Numbered from the stretch's first letter, positions 49,261 to 60,788 are shown. The stretch: 64,000 nucleotides of DNA from Candidatus Sericytochromatia bacterium (GCA_963797915.1 CAWCRG010000017.1:107074-171073), one strand, 5' to 3'. Made by a program: numbers and translations. Notes: generated by a model not told the origin, from the letters alone.

Positions 49261-50139
49261 TTGACGCCAGAATCCTGGAATGAAGTGCCCGGCTTTGATT
49301 TTACGGATATCACTTATCACCGGGCCAAATCTCAGGGCACAGTGCGCATTGCCTTTGATCGTCCTGAAGTGCGTAACGCCTTCCGCCCCCACACCGTTGA
49401 TGAACTTTTTCAGGCCCTTGAACATGCCCGCCAAAGCTCAGATGTTGGGTGTGTGTTGATTACAGGCAATGGCCCCTCTGCCAAAGATGGAGGCTGGGCT
49501 TTTTGCTCCGGTGGTGATCAGCGCATTCGCGGTAAAGATGGTTATAAGTACGAGAACGCCCCGCTCGAAAAAGATCTGGGCCGTTTGGGTCGCCTGCATA
49601 TTTTAGAAGTACAGCGACTGATTCGCTTTATGCCCAAAGTCGTCATTGCCGTGGTGCCCGGCTGGGCGGTGGGAGGCGGCCATAGTTTGCATGTGGTGTG
49701 TGATATGACCATCGCTTCGCAAGAACACGCTATTTTTAAACAGACAGATCCCGATGTTGCTAGCTTTGATTCCGGTTTTGGATCTGCTTATCTGGCCCGC
49801 CAGTGCGGTCAAAAACGTGCCCGAGAGGTTTTCTTTTTGGGACTCAATTACTCTGCCCAGGAAGCTTTTGAGATGGGAATGGTAAATAAAGTCGTGCCCC
49901 ATGCCGATCTCGAAAAAGTAGCCCTGGAGTGGGGAGCCCTGATTAACGGAAAATCACCCACGGCCATGCGCATGCTCAAATTTGGCTTTAATCTTTTAGA
50001 TGATGGCTTAGTGGGGCAACAGTTATTTGCGGGTGAAGCCACGCGTCTGGCTTACGGTACGGATGAAGCTCAGGAAGGCCGAGACGCCTTTTTAGAAAAG
50101 CGCGCCCCGGACTATGAAGGCTACCCCTGGCATTATTAA
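49261..50139 (+). CDS. menB: 1,4-dihydroxy-2-naphthoyl-CoA synthase (crotonase superfamily)
   Basis: Near-consensus MenB blocks: RPEVRNAFRP, AFCSGGDQ, GWAVGGGHSLHVVCD, KQTDPDVASFDSG and the C-terminal EGRDAFLEKRAPD. TTG start. Confidence 0.9.
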   Translation: MTPESWNEVPGFDFTDITYHRAKSQGTVRIAFDRPEVRNAFRPHTVDELFQALEHARQSSDVGCVLITGNGPSAKDGGWAFCSGGDQRIRGKDGYKYENAPLEKDLGRLGRLHILEVQRLIRFMPKVVIAVVPGWAVGGGHSLHVVCDMTIASQEHAIFKQTDPDVASFDSGFGSAYLARQCGQKRAREVFFLGLNYSAQEAFEMGMVNKVVPHADLEKVALEWGALINGKSPTAMRMLKFGFNLLDDGLVGQQLFAGEATRLAYGTDEAQEGRDAFLEKRAPDYEGYPWHY

Positions 50140-50155
50140 GGGGATGGTATTTGGT

Positions 50156-50674
50156 CTAAAAAAGGTAGCGAACACCCAGCTGGCTGCGAATCCAACTGGC
50201 AGTGGAGGCGTTGAGTTGCCCACTGAGCGCCCAATTGTGGCTAAATTGCCAGTGAGAACCAGCACTGAGGCCCACATAAACGGGAGAGGTAACTGCCGAA
50301 CTCAGGCCCTGAGCGTAGGTGTACCCAAGACCTGCTCCCACAAAGGGTTGCCAGGTGTTTTGAGTGGACCATGGATACCAACGGCTCTCTAAAACAGCGG
50401 AGGCGTTCCATCCCTCAAAACGACCTTTTGTACCGTTATCGTCTTCTACGGGCGTTGAGAAAACGGAGCCGAGACCCAATAGTGCCACGTCGAAGTGCGC
50501 GTTAAGTTGTTTGCCCACACGAAGACCTCCTGTAAATAGAGGGGTGCTGGTCTGAAGCTCAATACTCCAGGGATTGTCAAGATTATAGGCTTCTTCGCTT
50601 CCCTGCGCCCATACAGGGCTTGCCAGAGTAAGTAAAAAAAGAGAAGCTGATAGTAGTGTGCTGTAGATATTCAT
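50156..50674 (-). CDS. Small outer-membrane beta-barrel protein (OmpW/OmpA-like 8-strand barrel)
   Basis: Signal peptide ending VWAQ, alternating amphipathic strands and a terminal ...RYLF. Confidence 0.5.
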   Translation of the reverse strand: MNIYSTLLSASLFLLTLASPVWAQGSEEAYNLDNPWSIELQTSTPLFTGGLRVGKQLNAHFDVALLGLGSVFSTPVEDDNGTKGRFEGWNASAVLESRWYPWSTQNTWQPFVGAGLGYTYAQGLSSAVTSPVYVGLSAGSHWQFSHNWALSGQLNASTASWIRSQLGVRYLF

Positions 50675-50776
50675 GAAAGAATCTTTCGTGTATTTTTAGT
50701 GTGATGTATGACTGAATCAAGTATAGGTCTAAGTAACAGAAATTGTTGCATTTCAAAAAAAACCACACTGCAACAT

Positions 50777-51453
50777 TTAAGGGGCTTGCATTTTTGCCAC
50801 AAACCCCCGTGTAATCACTTGAGGACGTGTAATTGCTGAGCCCACCACCACCGCATGAGCCCCCAACTTAAGTGCTTTAGCTGCTTCTTCTGGTGTAGAG
50901 ATGCGCCCTTCCGCGATCACGGGAATGTTAAGTTGTTGTGCCATAGTGTGCAATAGGTCAAAATCTGGCCCTTCCGGTGCGAACTGTTCCCTCCATTGAC
51001 GTAACCCGCCAATGTCGTCCCTGCGCAATCAAAACCTAACTGTTCCGCCCATAATGCCTCTTCAAGACAAGAAATATCGGCCATCAAACACACTTTTCCT
51101 TTGAGCTGCTCCACGATGCTTGCCAGTGATTCTTGCGGCCGGGGACGTTGTGTCGCATCCAGGGCGATAATATCTGCGCCCGCCTCCAGTAGAGCCAGGG
51201 CTTCTTTGAGGGTGGGCGTAATATAGACTTCTGAACCCGCGTATTGCTGTTTCCAAATACCAATGACCGGGGCATCGGTCATTTGTTTGACTGCAGCGAT
51301 GTTTTCTGGGCCACTGAGGCGCAGTCCACCCGCGCCCCCAAGCATTGCTGCTTGTGCCATTCCGGCCACAAATGCGGTATTATAAAAGGACTCCTGTGCC
51401 TCGGGTTGGCAAGAAACCAGGAGTTTTTGCCAGATTTTCTCAATGTTAAACAA
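50777..51453 (-). CDS. nanE: N-acetylmannosamine-6-phosphate 2-epimerase, interrupted by a frameshift (~50950-51028)
   Basis: ORF 50917..51453 has the LLVSCQ..., PVIGIWK and IALDAT...LMADIS blocks. ORF 50777..51028 has the C-terminal PDFDLL...IPVIAEGRI...[10 protein letters not shown]. The two are in different frames. Confidence 0.7.
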
Positions 51454-51556
51454 ATTTTAACCTCATCTAATAGTTTTCTTTAAAAATAAAACGTCAGTTC
51501 ATCCTATAATAAAACTATAAGAGAGATTAGATAAGTAGAGAGCCGGGACACATATT

Positions 51557-52951
51557 ATGAAAAAAGTAACCAACACCTTCGCTAAAACCCTTTTGCTGGC
51601 CACCATGGGCAGTGTCATCTTCACATCTTGTGGTAAATCAGACCTCGCTTCTCAAGTGAGCGCTCCTGCTATCGGCAATGCCCAGGGTGCGGGTGGTACC
51701 GGCGGCGGCAATGCTTACACCGGACCCACCACCAATAATCAATATGGCGATATGCTTCCCGTAGAGCAGTCTCCTGAACAACCTCTCGATACCCCTGAAC
51801 CTCTTCCTGCTCCTCAACAACCCGCTCAACCCGGTGAGGTCTTTCAAATCAAAGCCGTGGGCAACACCACAGCCTTCGCCGTTCCTCAAATCAGCAAGTA
51901 CGTACAACTCAACGGTGTTTATGTTTATATTCACCTGACCTGGCAGCCCGTCAACGGCGCTGCTGAATACTGGATCTATAAAAATGACATTCCCGAGTGG
52001 AATGAAGTCGGTCGTGAGAAGGCATTTGCCATTGTAGAAGCCAAAGACTCTCAGGGCTACAATACCGGTCTGGCTGGATTTAAAGACGGCATGGCCGCTC
52101 CTAACTTAAAAGACGGAAACCTCTGGGATCGCATTAAACGCGGTTTTCAAACCATTACCAATCGCCCCAATGTCGATTACGTATACAAAATCGTTGCGGT
52201 AGACCCTAACGGTATTCCCATGTCTCAGTCCAGCGTAACCACCGGTCGTGCCATGAGTTCTGTGAGCACTCCCGTTATGTTAGATGCTGCGATGACATCG
52301 ACCGTTACCCCTGTACTCCCCTGGAAGAAGTCCACTGACGGCATGGAGCCTCACGGTTACTACGTCAGCGTATTTCCTTCTGTTCAGGGATTGAGCCAGG
52401 GCATTCTGCCTCCGACCTCTCTGGCGGCATGGACCACCTATATGAATAACCAATACAATAGTGTGCAACAGGTGACCTACGGTAAAAACAAAGGCAACTT
52501 GCTTTCTTACGCCGGTGTATTGCCCTTCGATATTACCTTTAATCTAAAGCCCGGTGCCAACTACTCCTGGTCAGTCATCAGTATTCGCACCGATACCGGT
52601 AATATGCAAACGGCAAAGCAAATTTCTCGCACCTGGAGTGGTTTTGGTCACTTCCAAATTGCTCCAAATGCTAAGCCAGTGGACCCCCGCCAGAACCCTG
52701 AAGCGGAATCGGTCGCTGCCCAACGCGTCAATGCTCAACGCACTTATCCGAACTATCCCACCAACACGGGCTATAATAGTTACAACGCAGGATCTCAATA
52801 CCCTCAGACCACTTACCCTCAGTCTGGAAACTACGGTAATGCTTACCCCGCACAGACAGGCTACCCTGCGCAAACGGGTTACAACCAGTACGGTTCTGCT
52901 TACCCCCAACAAGCTTATGGAGCTTACCCTGAGCAACGCCAACGCTATTAA
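51557..52951 (+). CDS. Secreted lipoprotein with a C-terminal Q/N/Y/P-rich prion-like low-complexity tail
   Basis: Lipobox (IFTSCG). The globular middle region is followed by ~75 aa of YPxxTGY-type degenerate repeats (NYPTNTGYNSYNAGSQYPQTTYPQSGNYGNAYPAQTGYPAQTGYNQYG...). Confidence 0.55.
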   Translation: MKKVTNTFAKTLLLATMGSVIFTSCGKSDLASQVSAPAIGNAQGAGGTGGGNAYTGPTTNNQYGDMLPVEQSPEQPLDTPEPLPAPQQPAQPGEVFQIKAVGNTTAFAVPQISKYVQLNGVYVYIHLTWQPVNGAAEYWIYKNDIPEWNEVGREKAFAIVEAKDSQGYNTGLAGFKDGMAAPNLKDGNLWDRIKRGFQTITNRPNVDYVYKIVAVDPNGIPMSQSSVTTGRAMSSVSTPVMLDAAMTSTVTPVLPWKKSTDGMEPHGYYVSVFPSVQGLSQGILPPTSLAAWTTYMNNQYNSVQQVTYGKNKGNLLSYAGVLPFDITFNLKPGANYSWSVISIRTDTGNMQTAKQISRTWSGFGHFQIAPNAKPVDPRQNPEAESVAAQRVNAQRTYPNYPTNTGYNSYNAGSQYPQTTYPQSGNYGNAYPAQTGYPAQTGYNQYGSAYPQQAYGAYPEQRQRY

Positions 52952-52983
52952 GCGCTGAGAAGTTCTAACGGAGAAACCCTGAC

Positions 52984-54513
52984 GTGGCACAACACAACAA
53001 GATATTTCGTACGCTAACCCTCCTACTTTGGGGGGCGGGCGTTTTCTTGCTGCTGGGTTGTCCAAATTCGGGCGGCCCGAATGGCGGAATTGTTCCCGGT
53101 ACCACAGCCAACCTAACGATTCGTGTTATTAATGCTGTAGACCAGAGCCCCATTCAGAATGCGCGGGTTTCGCTTAAGCTTAACGGTGAAGTGGTCGGTG
53201 GCGAGCAGGGCAGTGACGCTAACGGTGTTGCCACCTTTCCGGCTTTGCCCGCTGCTATTGGATACAAAGCTTTTGCTTCAAGCGTAAATGGTTTTGCGCC
53301 TGGCGCTTCTCCCAGTATTAAGCTGGTCAGTGATCAAACCGTGGTCATCCCCATGCAGCCCAGTCTCTCCCAGGGGGCCGGTCTTTTAGCGGGCTCTGTT
53401 AAAGATGGCCGAAGCAAACTTCCGTTGCCGGGTGTCTCTGTCTCGCTGAGTCCAGCAGGTGTTGTCGCCGCACAGCGCTTTAATCCAGGCATTCGCCAGC
53501 AGAACGTCCCTTATTATGCGCCTCCCTATCGTATTCAACAGGTGGCGCAAAGTGCGATCAGTGATGATGCCGGACAGTTTACCTTTGAGCAGGTGCCTCC
53601 AGGAGCTTACTCCCTTACGTTTACCCTTTCGGGTTATCCCGATGCCCAGCGAAATGTTCAGGTGATTCAGGGTGAGCCGAGTATTGTTGAGACCGTTTTT
53701 TTGGGCGCTTCTACGAGTTTAACGCCAGGAACCGGTAACGTCGCCACTCGGGGCCATGTGCTTATTACCGATGCTCAGGGCGTTTACCAGCTTTCGAATA
53801 CAGGAGAGCGGGTGTTCTTTGTGCCCACTCGCAACGCTGCTTCGGCCACGCGTCTTCCTGATGACACCACGCTCATTGCTGACGAGGGTGCCAATCAGGT
53901 GCGCATTGTCAGTCTCGCCGGAGATATCCTCTGGGATATGGCCGGACTTTTCAGTCGGTTAAATCGCCCAAGCTGGGTGGATGCGGCGCGTGACGGCCAG
54001 TCTTTCCTGGTGACGGACTCCGGCAACGGTCGCATTATTGAGGTGGAAAATAAGCAGCGTGTGTGGGAGTTTCCTGGCTTAAATAATCCTCGCTCTGCCA
54101 CTTATGTCGCAGGGACCGGAACAGTACTGATTGCGGACACGGGAAACGCCCGCGTGGTCGAGGTTGATCGCTCTACCAACACCGTGGTATGGGATTACAC
54201 TTTAAGTATGCAAGCACCTTCTCATGCGGTACGTCTGACTGACGGCGACACCCTTATTACCGATGCTGCCTATAACCGGGTTATTCGGGTGAAGCCCAAC
54301 AAACAGGTCAGCCTCTTTTTTGATGGTGGCGTGAGTGAGGGCGGTGATCCCGCTGCCGGACTTTTACGTCCTACCAGCACGATTGCTACACGTTTCGGAA
54401 CCTTTTTGATTTCGGATACGGGGCATAATCGTGTGGTAGAAGTGGATGCCAATGGCCAGGTTGTGAATCAAATCAACGGACTTTCGAGTCCTAAAATCAT
54501 TGAGCGCCTTTAA
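52984..54513 (+). CDS. Secreted protein with a carboxypeptidase-regulatory-like domain and NHL-repeat beta-propeller
   Basis: Hydrophobic N-terminus with LLGC. NHL-like repeats (TDSGNGRIIEV, ADTGNARVVEV, SDTGHNRVVEV). Confidence 0.6.
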   Translation: MAQHNKIFRTLTLLLWGAGVFLLLGCPNSGGPNGGIVPGTTANLTIRVINAVDQSPIQNARVSLKLNGEVVGGEQGSDANGVATFPALPAAIGYKAFASSVNGFAPGASPSIKLVSDQTVVIPMQPSLSQGAGLLAGSVKDGRSKLPLPGVSVSLSPAGVVAAQRFNPGIRQQNVPYYAPPYRIQQVAQSAISDDAGQFTFEQVPPGAYSLTFTLSGYPDAQRNVQVIQGEPSIVETVFLGASTSLTPGTGNVATRGHVLITDAQGVYQLSNTGERVFFVPTRNAASATRLPDDTTLIADEGANQVRIVSLAGDILWDMAGLFSRLNRPSWVDAARDGQSFLVTDSGNGRIIEVENKQRVWEFPGLNNPRSATYVAGTGTVLIADTGNARVVEVDRSTNTVVWDYTLSMQAPSHAVRLTDGDTLITDAAYNRVIRVKPNKQVSLFFDGGVSEGGDPAAGLLRPTSTIATRFGTFLISDTGHNRVVEVDANGQVVNQINGLSSPKIIERL

Positions 54514-54569
54514 AACGTAGCTCTCTAAAGTCCTTCTCTGCCTTCATGTTTGACCTCTTTATGTCTGAC

Positions 54570-54980
54570 TTACTGAACGCTGGGCTCAGGCAGTGCTTCT
54601 TCTCGGGTTAGCCATTTTTTAAACGTGCGGAGACTTTTCGTTTCGTCCAAAGGGTACTCCTCGTCAGGCTCTAACCAGTAGTGACAAACATCAGAGATTA
54701 AGTCATCATCCCAACTTATTTTTTCTGCGTGCAAAAGACTTTCCGCGATCAAGGTCAGGCTTTCTGCACGCATGTCTCCCTCAAGGCTTGCTTCGCAAAA
54801 CACGACAAGATCTGCGGGCTCAATGGTGTGTACTGAGTCCATGTCTTGAAATGTGTAGTGATAGCTGGCCTCTTCTTCATCTTCTTCATCCCGATAAAAC
54901 TCTTCATCCAGGGCGTCTTGAAGTTCTTGTAAATCAATTTGTTCCTGAAAGAAGTGTAAGAGAATGTTTTCGTTCAGCAT
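54570..54980 (-). CDS. Small highly acidic hypothetical protein, immediately downstream of menC
   Basis: 136 aa, about a quarter Asp/Glu, no recognisable motif. 0-nt gap to the menC stop. Confidence 0.4.
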   Translation of the reverse strand: MLNENILLHFFQEQIDLQELQDALDEEFYRDEEDEEEASYHYTFQDMDSVHTIEPADLVVFCEASLEGDMRAESLTLIAESLLHAEKISWDDDLISDVCHYWLEPDEEYPLDETKSLRTFKKWLTREEALPEPSVQ

Positions 54981-55962
54981 TTAATCTATTTTCCTGATAT
55001 ATGTAGTATTCCATTTTAACTGGTGTTGGAGCTCGGCAGTAAAGAAGGCTTGCTCAAAGCGGAGCTTCCCTTGTTTTATCTGGATTTGAGGTGTCCAAAC
55101 ATCGGTCTGAAAAGACTGATGGGTATCCAGTCCACAAGGGGTTTCGGGTGCGTGTTCTGCCGCGTATTTTGCGAGATAACTCAAACCCACACTGGTTTCA
55201 AAACAAGCACTAAAAACAATTTTCTTCTGACTGTGCTTCGCCCATTGAAGCAGTTGAGCTAAGCGATCCGGTCCCAACACCATTGGCTTAATCACAAAAG
55301 CGCTGGCCTGAAGCAAAAAAGACGGGTCCGCGCTGGTCAGTGATTCATCTAAAGCAATGTATTGCCAATGTTCCAATTTCAACTTAGCATATTCTGCTAT
55401 GTCTCGAAAAGGTTCTTCAAAATACTCCACGCGACGTAAATCAAAAGCTTCTGTAAAGGCATTAAACGTTCGACTGTTCCAGCTGCGATTGGCGTCGAGT
55501 CTGAGCGTAATATCAGGGTAATCGTTGAGTACGTCCCGTATACGCTGAATTTCGAGGGAAAGTGTTTTAAGACCGACTTTAATTTTAAAACACCTGTACC
55601 CCTGGGTGTAACGTTCACGAACACACCCATGAAAGGCATCGGTATCCAGTCCGCTAATCAAAGTGTTAATGGGCAGGGGAGAGTAGGAAGGGCGAACCAC
55701 ACGTGGGGTTTGAAGTTGATGTAATCCCCATGCCACTGAAGGGAAGAGAATGTCAGGAGGCTTACCTTTTTGGATCTGCTTTAGCTGCTGAACACAGTCC
55801 GCTAGTGTTTCGGGTTGTAGGCCGGGAAAGGGAGCGACTTCGGCAAAATGCGGCCCATTGTCACCCTCAACACAAAGGATCAATCCGTCGCGATCGGAAA
55901 AACGCCCCTGCTGCAGCTGAATGGGCTGGTGGTAGGGGCGTTTATACCGATAGATACTCAGG

Positions 55963-55982
<20 letters not shown>
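54981..55982 (-). CDS. menC: o-Succinylbenzoate synthase (enolase superfamily)
   Basis: KIKVG, RLDANRSW, EEP and ALDES metal-ligand blocks. 333 aa. Menaquinone context with menB nearby. Confidence 0.7.
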
Positions 55983-58023
<2,041 letters not shown>

Positions 58024-58399
58024 AATTGAAGAAATCCCTTCTGAATTGAACCGCGGCGACAACGATTCTTTTTTTCATAGTACGTGGTGCCAGAGTGCTT
58101 TGTAAATTTAAAATAATCTAAGGTATACATTTAAAAAACATAAGTTAAAAAACATAAGTAAACGTTAGGCAAGCTTAATGTTCCTTGGTTAAAGCATGGC
58201 TTCACATATATCTTCTCGTTGTTCCAACGTGTGAGTGACGTACTTAAACACATTTTTAACCGATCTTTAATAGATAAGTAAAAGTATCTCGTTGTCTACT
58301 GACGCGGTTTATTTAAGATTTGACAAGATCGGGTTAATCCATGCTAGATTCAAGAATAGGGTCGATGTTCTCATTACAACGACTTAAAGGGAGTTCAAT

Positions 58400-58933
58400 A
58401 TGAATTACATTTTACGTTTCAGTGCGCTGCTAATCGGATTAATCCTTTTGATCGCCTGTCGTGTTGAGACGTCTTCCGATACGCCGCAAGACAAATCGAA
58501 GCATGTATATCAGGCCTCTTATACTGACCCTAAGGTTTCTTACGAAGACATCAGTCCTATTTTATCGATGAGTTGTATGCCTTGTCATAACCGTCACACC
58601 ATAGGAACGGTTATTGAGCGCTTAGAAAATCACCCTGTGCAAACCCTTGACGGAGAAACGCGAGAGCGGGTTCTCGCTGAAATTGGTGAGCTGCGTCAAT
58701 ATATGCGGGATGGCGTGCCTGTTAGTTTTACGAGCCAACAAGAAATTGAAAAGTTTTTTAAAGCGGCGCCCGGCGAGTTTTATACAATGTTACAAAAAGG
58801 AGTGATGCCCCCAGGGTTTGCTCCAGAGTTGATGCAGCAGATAGGTTTTTCAGATTATAGACCACTGACCTGGGAAAATCGAATCAAGCTTTTACAATAT
58901 GCGAAGCCTTACTCCAAGGCTTATATGAGATAA
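58400..58933 (+). CDS. Small lipoprotein with a single CxxCH haem-binding motif (putative c-type cytochrome-like)
   Basis: Lipobox LIAC. SCMPCHN contains CMPCH. Confidence 0.45.
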   Translation: MNYILRFSALLIGLILLIACRVETSSDTPQDKSKHVYQASYTDPKVSYEDISPILSMSCMPCHNRHTIGTVIERLENHPVQTLDGETRERVLAEIGELRQYMRDGVPVSFTSQQEIEKFFKAAPGEFYTMLQKGVMPPGFAPELMQQIGFSDYRPLTWENRIKLLQYAKPYSKAYMR

Positions 58934-59085
58934 GCTTAAATTTAAGTTTTTCTTTCTTTAACCTCCACGAAGTGATCAAACTTAGTGTACAATACACGTT
59001 GACTTGTAGTCTTATATCATTTTATTCAAGTGACTCTTATCATAAAGCTACTGCAAACTATTAATTACGCAATGGATGGAATACC

Positions 59086-59517
59086 ATGAACACAACATAT
59101 TCTGCTAAAAAAGAAGACGCTCAGAGAGAGTGGTTTGTTGTTGATGCAGAGGGTCAAACCCTTGGTAAATTGGCCGTTAAAGTTGCCAGTGTCCTGCGCG
59201 GCAAGCATCGCCCTACCTTTACACCCCATGTAGACACCGGAGATTTTGTTGTCGTCATCAACGCCGAAAAAATTCAGGTCAGCGGTAAAAAACGCGACCA
59301 GAAACTGTACCGTCACCACACCGGATTTCCCGGTGGTATCAAAACCCGCACTTTCCGACAAATGCAAGAAAAGCACCCTGATCGCATCATTAAAAAAGCG
59401 ATTAAAGGTATGATTCCGCACACCCGTCTGGGAAATGAACAAATCAAAAAGCTGAAAATCTATGCAGGTGCCGAGCATCCGCATCAGGCGCAACAGCCTC
59501 AGCCTCTAACTATTTAA
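59086..59517 (+). CDS. rplM: 50S ribosomal protein L13
   Basis: Canonical L13 N-terminus ([23 protein letters not shown]...). Confidence 0.92.
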   Translation: MNTTYSAKKEDAQREWFVVDAEGQTLGKLAVKVASVLRGKHRPTFTPHVDTGDFVVVINAEKIQVSGKKRDQKLYRHHTGFPGGIKTRTFRQMQEKHPDRIIKKAIKGMIPHTRLGNEQIKKLKIYAGAEHPHQAQQPQPLTI

Positions 59518-59531
59518 AAGGAACCGGATAT

Positions 59532-59930
59532 ATGAGTAAAGAATATTACTGGGGAACAGGCCGCCGCAAAACTGCTGTCGCCCGTGTTCGACTTCTTCCT
59601 GGCGGAGAAGGCAAAATTATGATCAATAACCGTGAGTGGAAGAGCTATGTTGGTGGTAATCCCCGTGTACAAGCTCAACTATTGGCGCCTTTAAAGCTGT
59701 TAGGCTTTGAAACCAAGTACGATATATTTGTAAACGTCAATGGCGGTGGTATTCACGGTCAGGTTGGCGCTATCAAGCACGGCATTTCTCGTGCCCTTTT
59801 AGAAGTTGATCCCACCTATCGACCACAGCTCAAGGCAGCGGGTCACCTTACCCGTGATCCCCGTATGAAAGAGCGTAAGAAGTACGGTCAGAAGAAAGCC
59901 CGGAAGCGCTTTCAGTTCTCCAAACGCTAA
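59532..59930 (+). CDS. rpsI: 30S ribosomal protein S9
   Basis: [14 protein letters not shown]... and C-terminal [17 protein letters not shown]. Confidence 0.92.
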   Translation: MSKEYYWGTGRRKTAVARVRLLPGGEGKIMINNREWKSYVGGNPRVQAQLLAPLKLLGFETKYDIFVNVNGGGIHGQVGAIKHGISRALLEVDPTYRPQLKAAGHLTRDPRMKERKKYGQKKARKRFQFSKR

Positions 59931-60050
59931 GACGTATTCGCTCTCACAACCTGCACAATCAATTTTATGTTATATTCAACAACAGATTTTGTGCGGGTTT
60001 TTAATTTTTCAGAGTTTTTTAAAAAAAGATCAAAAAAGTTTTCCAAAAAC

Positions 60051-60080
60051 GTTTAGACTTTAAAAATTCTGGGAATATAC
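60051..60080 (+). promoter_or_regulatory. Candidate sigma70-type promoter (TTTAGA-18-TATACT) in the AT-rich leader of the pilin gene
   Basis: Hexamers seen directly. No sigma54 GG-N10-GC element was found upstream of the pilin. Confidence 0.25.
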
Positions 60081-60159
60081 TATTAGATTTTAAAAAGACA
60101 TTTGTTTTAAAGACATTTTTTAAAGTAAATGGCTACTCAATATTCAGAGGTAAAAAGAT

Positions 60160-60408
60160 ATGATTAAGTCTCTCAAAAAGCAACAGGGCGGTTTCACCCT
60201 GATTGAATTAATGGTTGTAATTGTTATTATTGGTATTCTGGTTGCCATCGCGCTTCCTAACTTTATTGGTGCTCAAGATCGCGCCAAAGTTGCCAGTGTT
60301 AAAGCAAATATGCACACCTTCCAAACTGCTCTTGAAACCTACGCAGTAGATTGGGGTGGTCAATATCCTGGTGACTTTGGCGCCGCCAGAAGCTCAAGCG
60401 ACAACTGA
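60160..60408 (+). CDS. pilA: Type IVa major pilin, a short Geobacter-type form (class III signal peptide G|FTLIELMVV...)
   Basis: KKQQGGFTLIELMVVIVIIGILVAIALPNF prepilin signature. 71-aa mature length ending ...TYAVDWGGQYPGDFGAARSSSDN, which parallels the truncated Geobacter PilA-N. Confidence 0.75.
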   Translation: MIKSLKKQQGGFTLIELMVVIVIIGILVAIALPNFIGAQDRAKVASVKANMHTFQTALETYAVDWGGQYPGDFGAARSSSDN

Positions 60409-60598
60409 TGGCTATTGGAAAGAATTTGTCAATCCAGTAGATAAAGCCCAGGCTAACCTGGTTGCTGTCGGAACTGCAACCCCCGGTGCTGTTATGTATG
60501 ATGCCGTTAACACCACTCGTTATTATATTTACGGTGGAGACAAGCAGGGTGCTCAAATTAGAGATAAAGGTCAACCTTTCGTACTTGGCAATAGCTAA
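60356..60598 (+). CDS. Pilin globular-domain ORF overlapping the pilA 3' end in the +1 frame. Either a separate PilA-C-like protein or the frame-shifted C-terminus of a full-length pilin
   Basis: 80-aa ORF (GTG start) opening at 60350, right next to a GGGG run (60353..60356). The sequence YIYGGDKQGAQIRDKGQPFVLGNS is compatible with a pilin C-terminal beta-sheet domain. No Cys pair. Confidence 0.4.
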   Translation: MVNILVTLAPPEAQATTDGYWKEFVNPVDKAQANLVAVGTATPGAVMYDAVNTTRYYIYGGDKQGAQIRDKGQPFVLGNS

Positions 60599-60641
60599 GA
60601 AGCTAAACGCACCCTTCAAGCCCCATTTAAAAATCATAAAA

Positions 60642-60676
60642 ACAGAGTAGAAGCTTAATCTTTTACTCTGTTTTTT
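60642..60676 (+). terminator. Rho-independent terminator downstream of the pilin locus
   Basis: 12-bp stem (acagagtagaag / cttttactctgt), 6-nt loop, then TTTTTT. Confidence 0.55.
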
Positions 60677-60746
60677 AGTGATCTTCGCTGTGGTATCTGT
60701 GCCGTTATCTCTTGGGTAATTAATGTCCACAATTCAAGAGACGCTT

Positions 60747-60788
60747 CTAGCCGATGTTATTCTAGCCGTGTTATTCTAGCCGTGTTAA
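60747..60788. repeat. Three tandem copies of a 14-nt unit (ctagccgtgttatt) upstream of the YfhO-family gene
   Basis: ctagccgatgttatt / ctagccgtgttatt / ctagccgtgttaa read directly. Confidence 0.6.

Noticed and set aside
50675-50776. Inverted repeat tgttgca(N18)tgcaaca after the nanE stop as a terminator
   Set aside because: The T-run lies in the loop rather than 3' of the stem, so it is not a canonical intrinsic terminator.
2340-51030. Programmed ribosomal frameshifting as the explanation for the split genes
   Set aside because: The sites lack slippery heptamers with downstream structures. They affect unrelated housekeeping genes and cluster at homopolymers. Sequencing error fits better.
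60087-60160. Sigma54 (GG-N10-GC) promoter upstream of the pilin, as is typical for many pilA genes
   Set aside because: TGGCTACTCAATATTCA at ~60130 has the GG but no GC at the -12 position. Only a weak sigma70-like pair was found.
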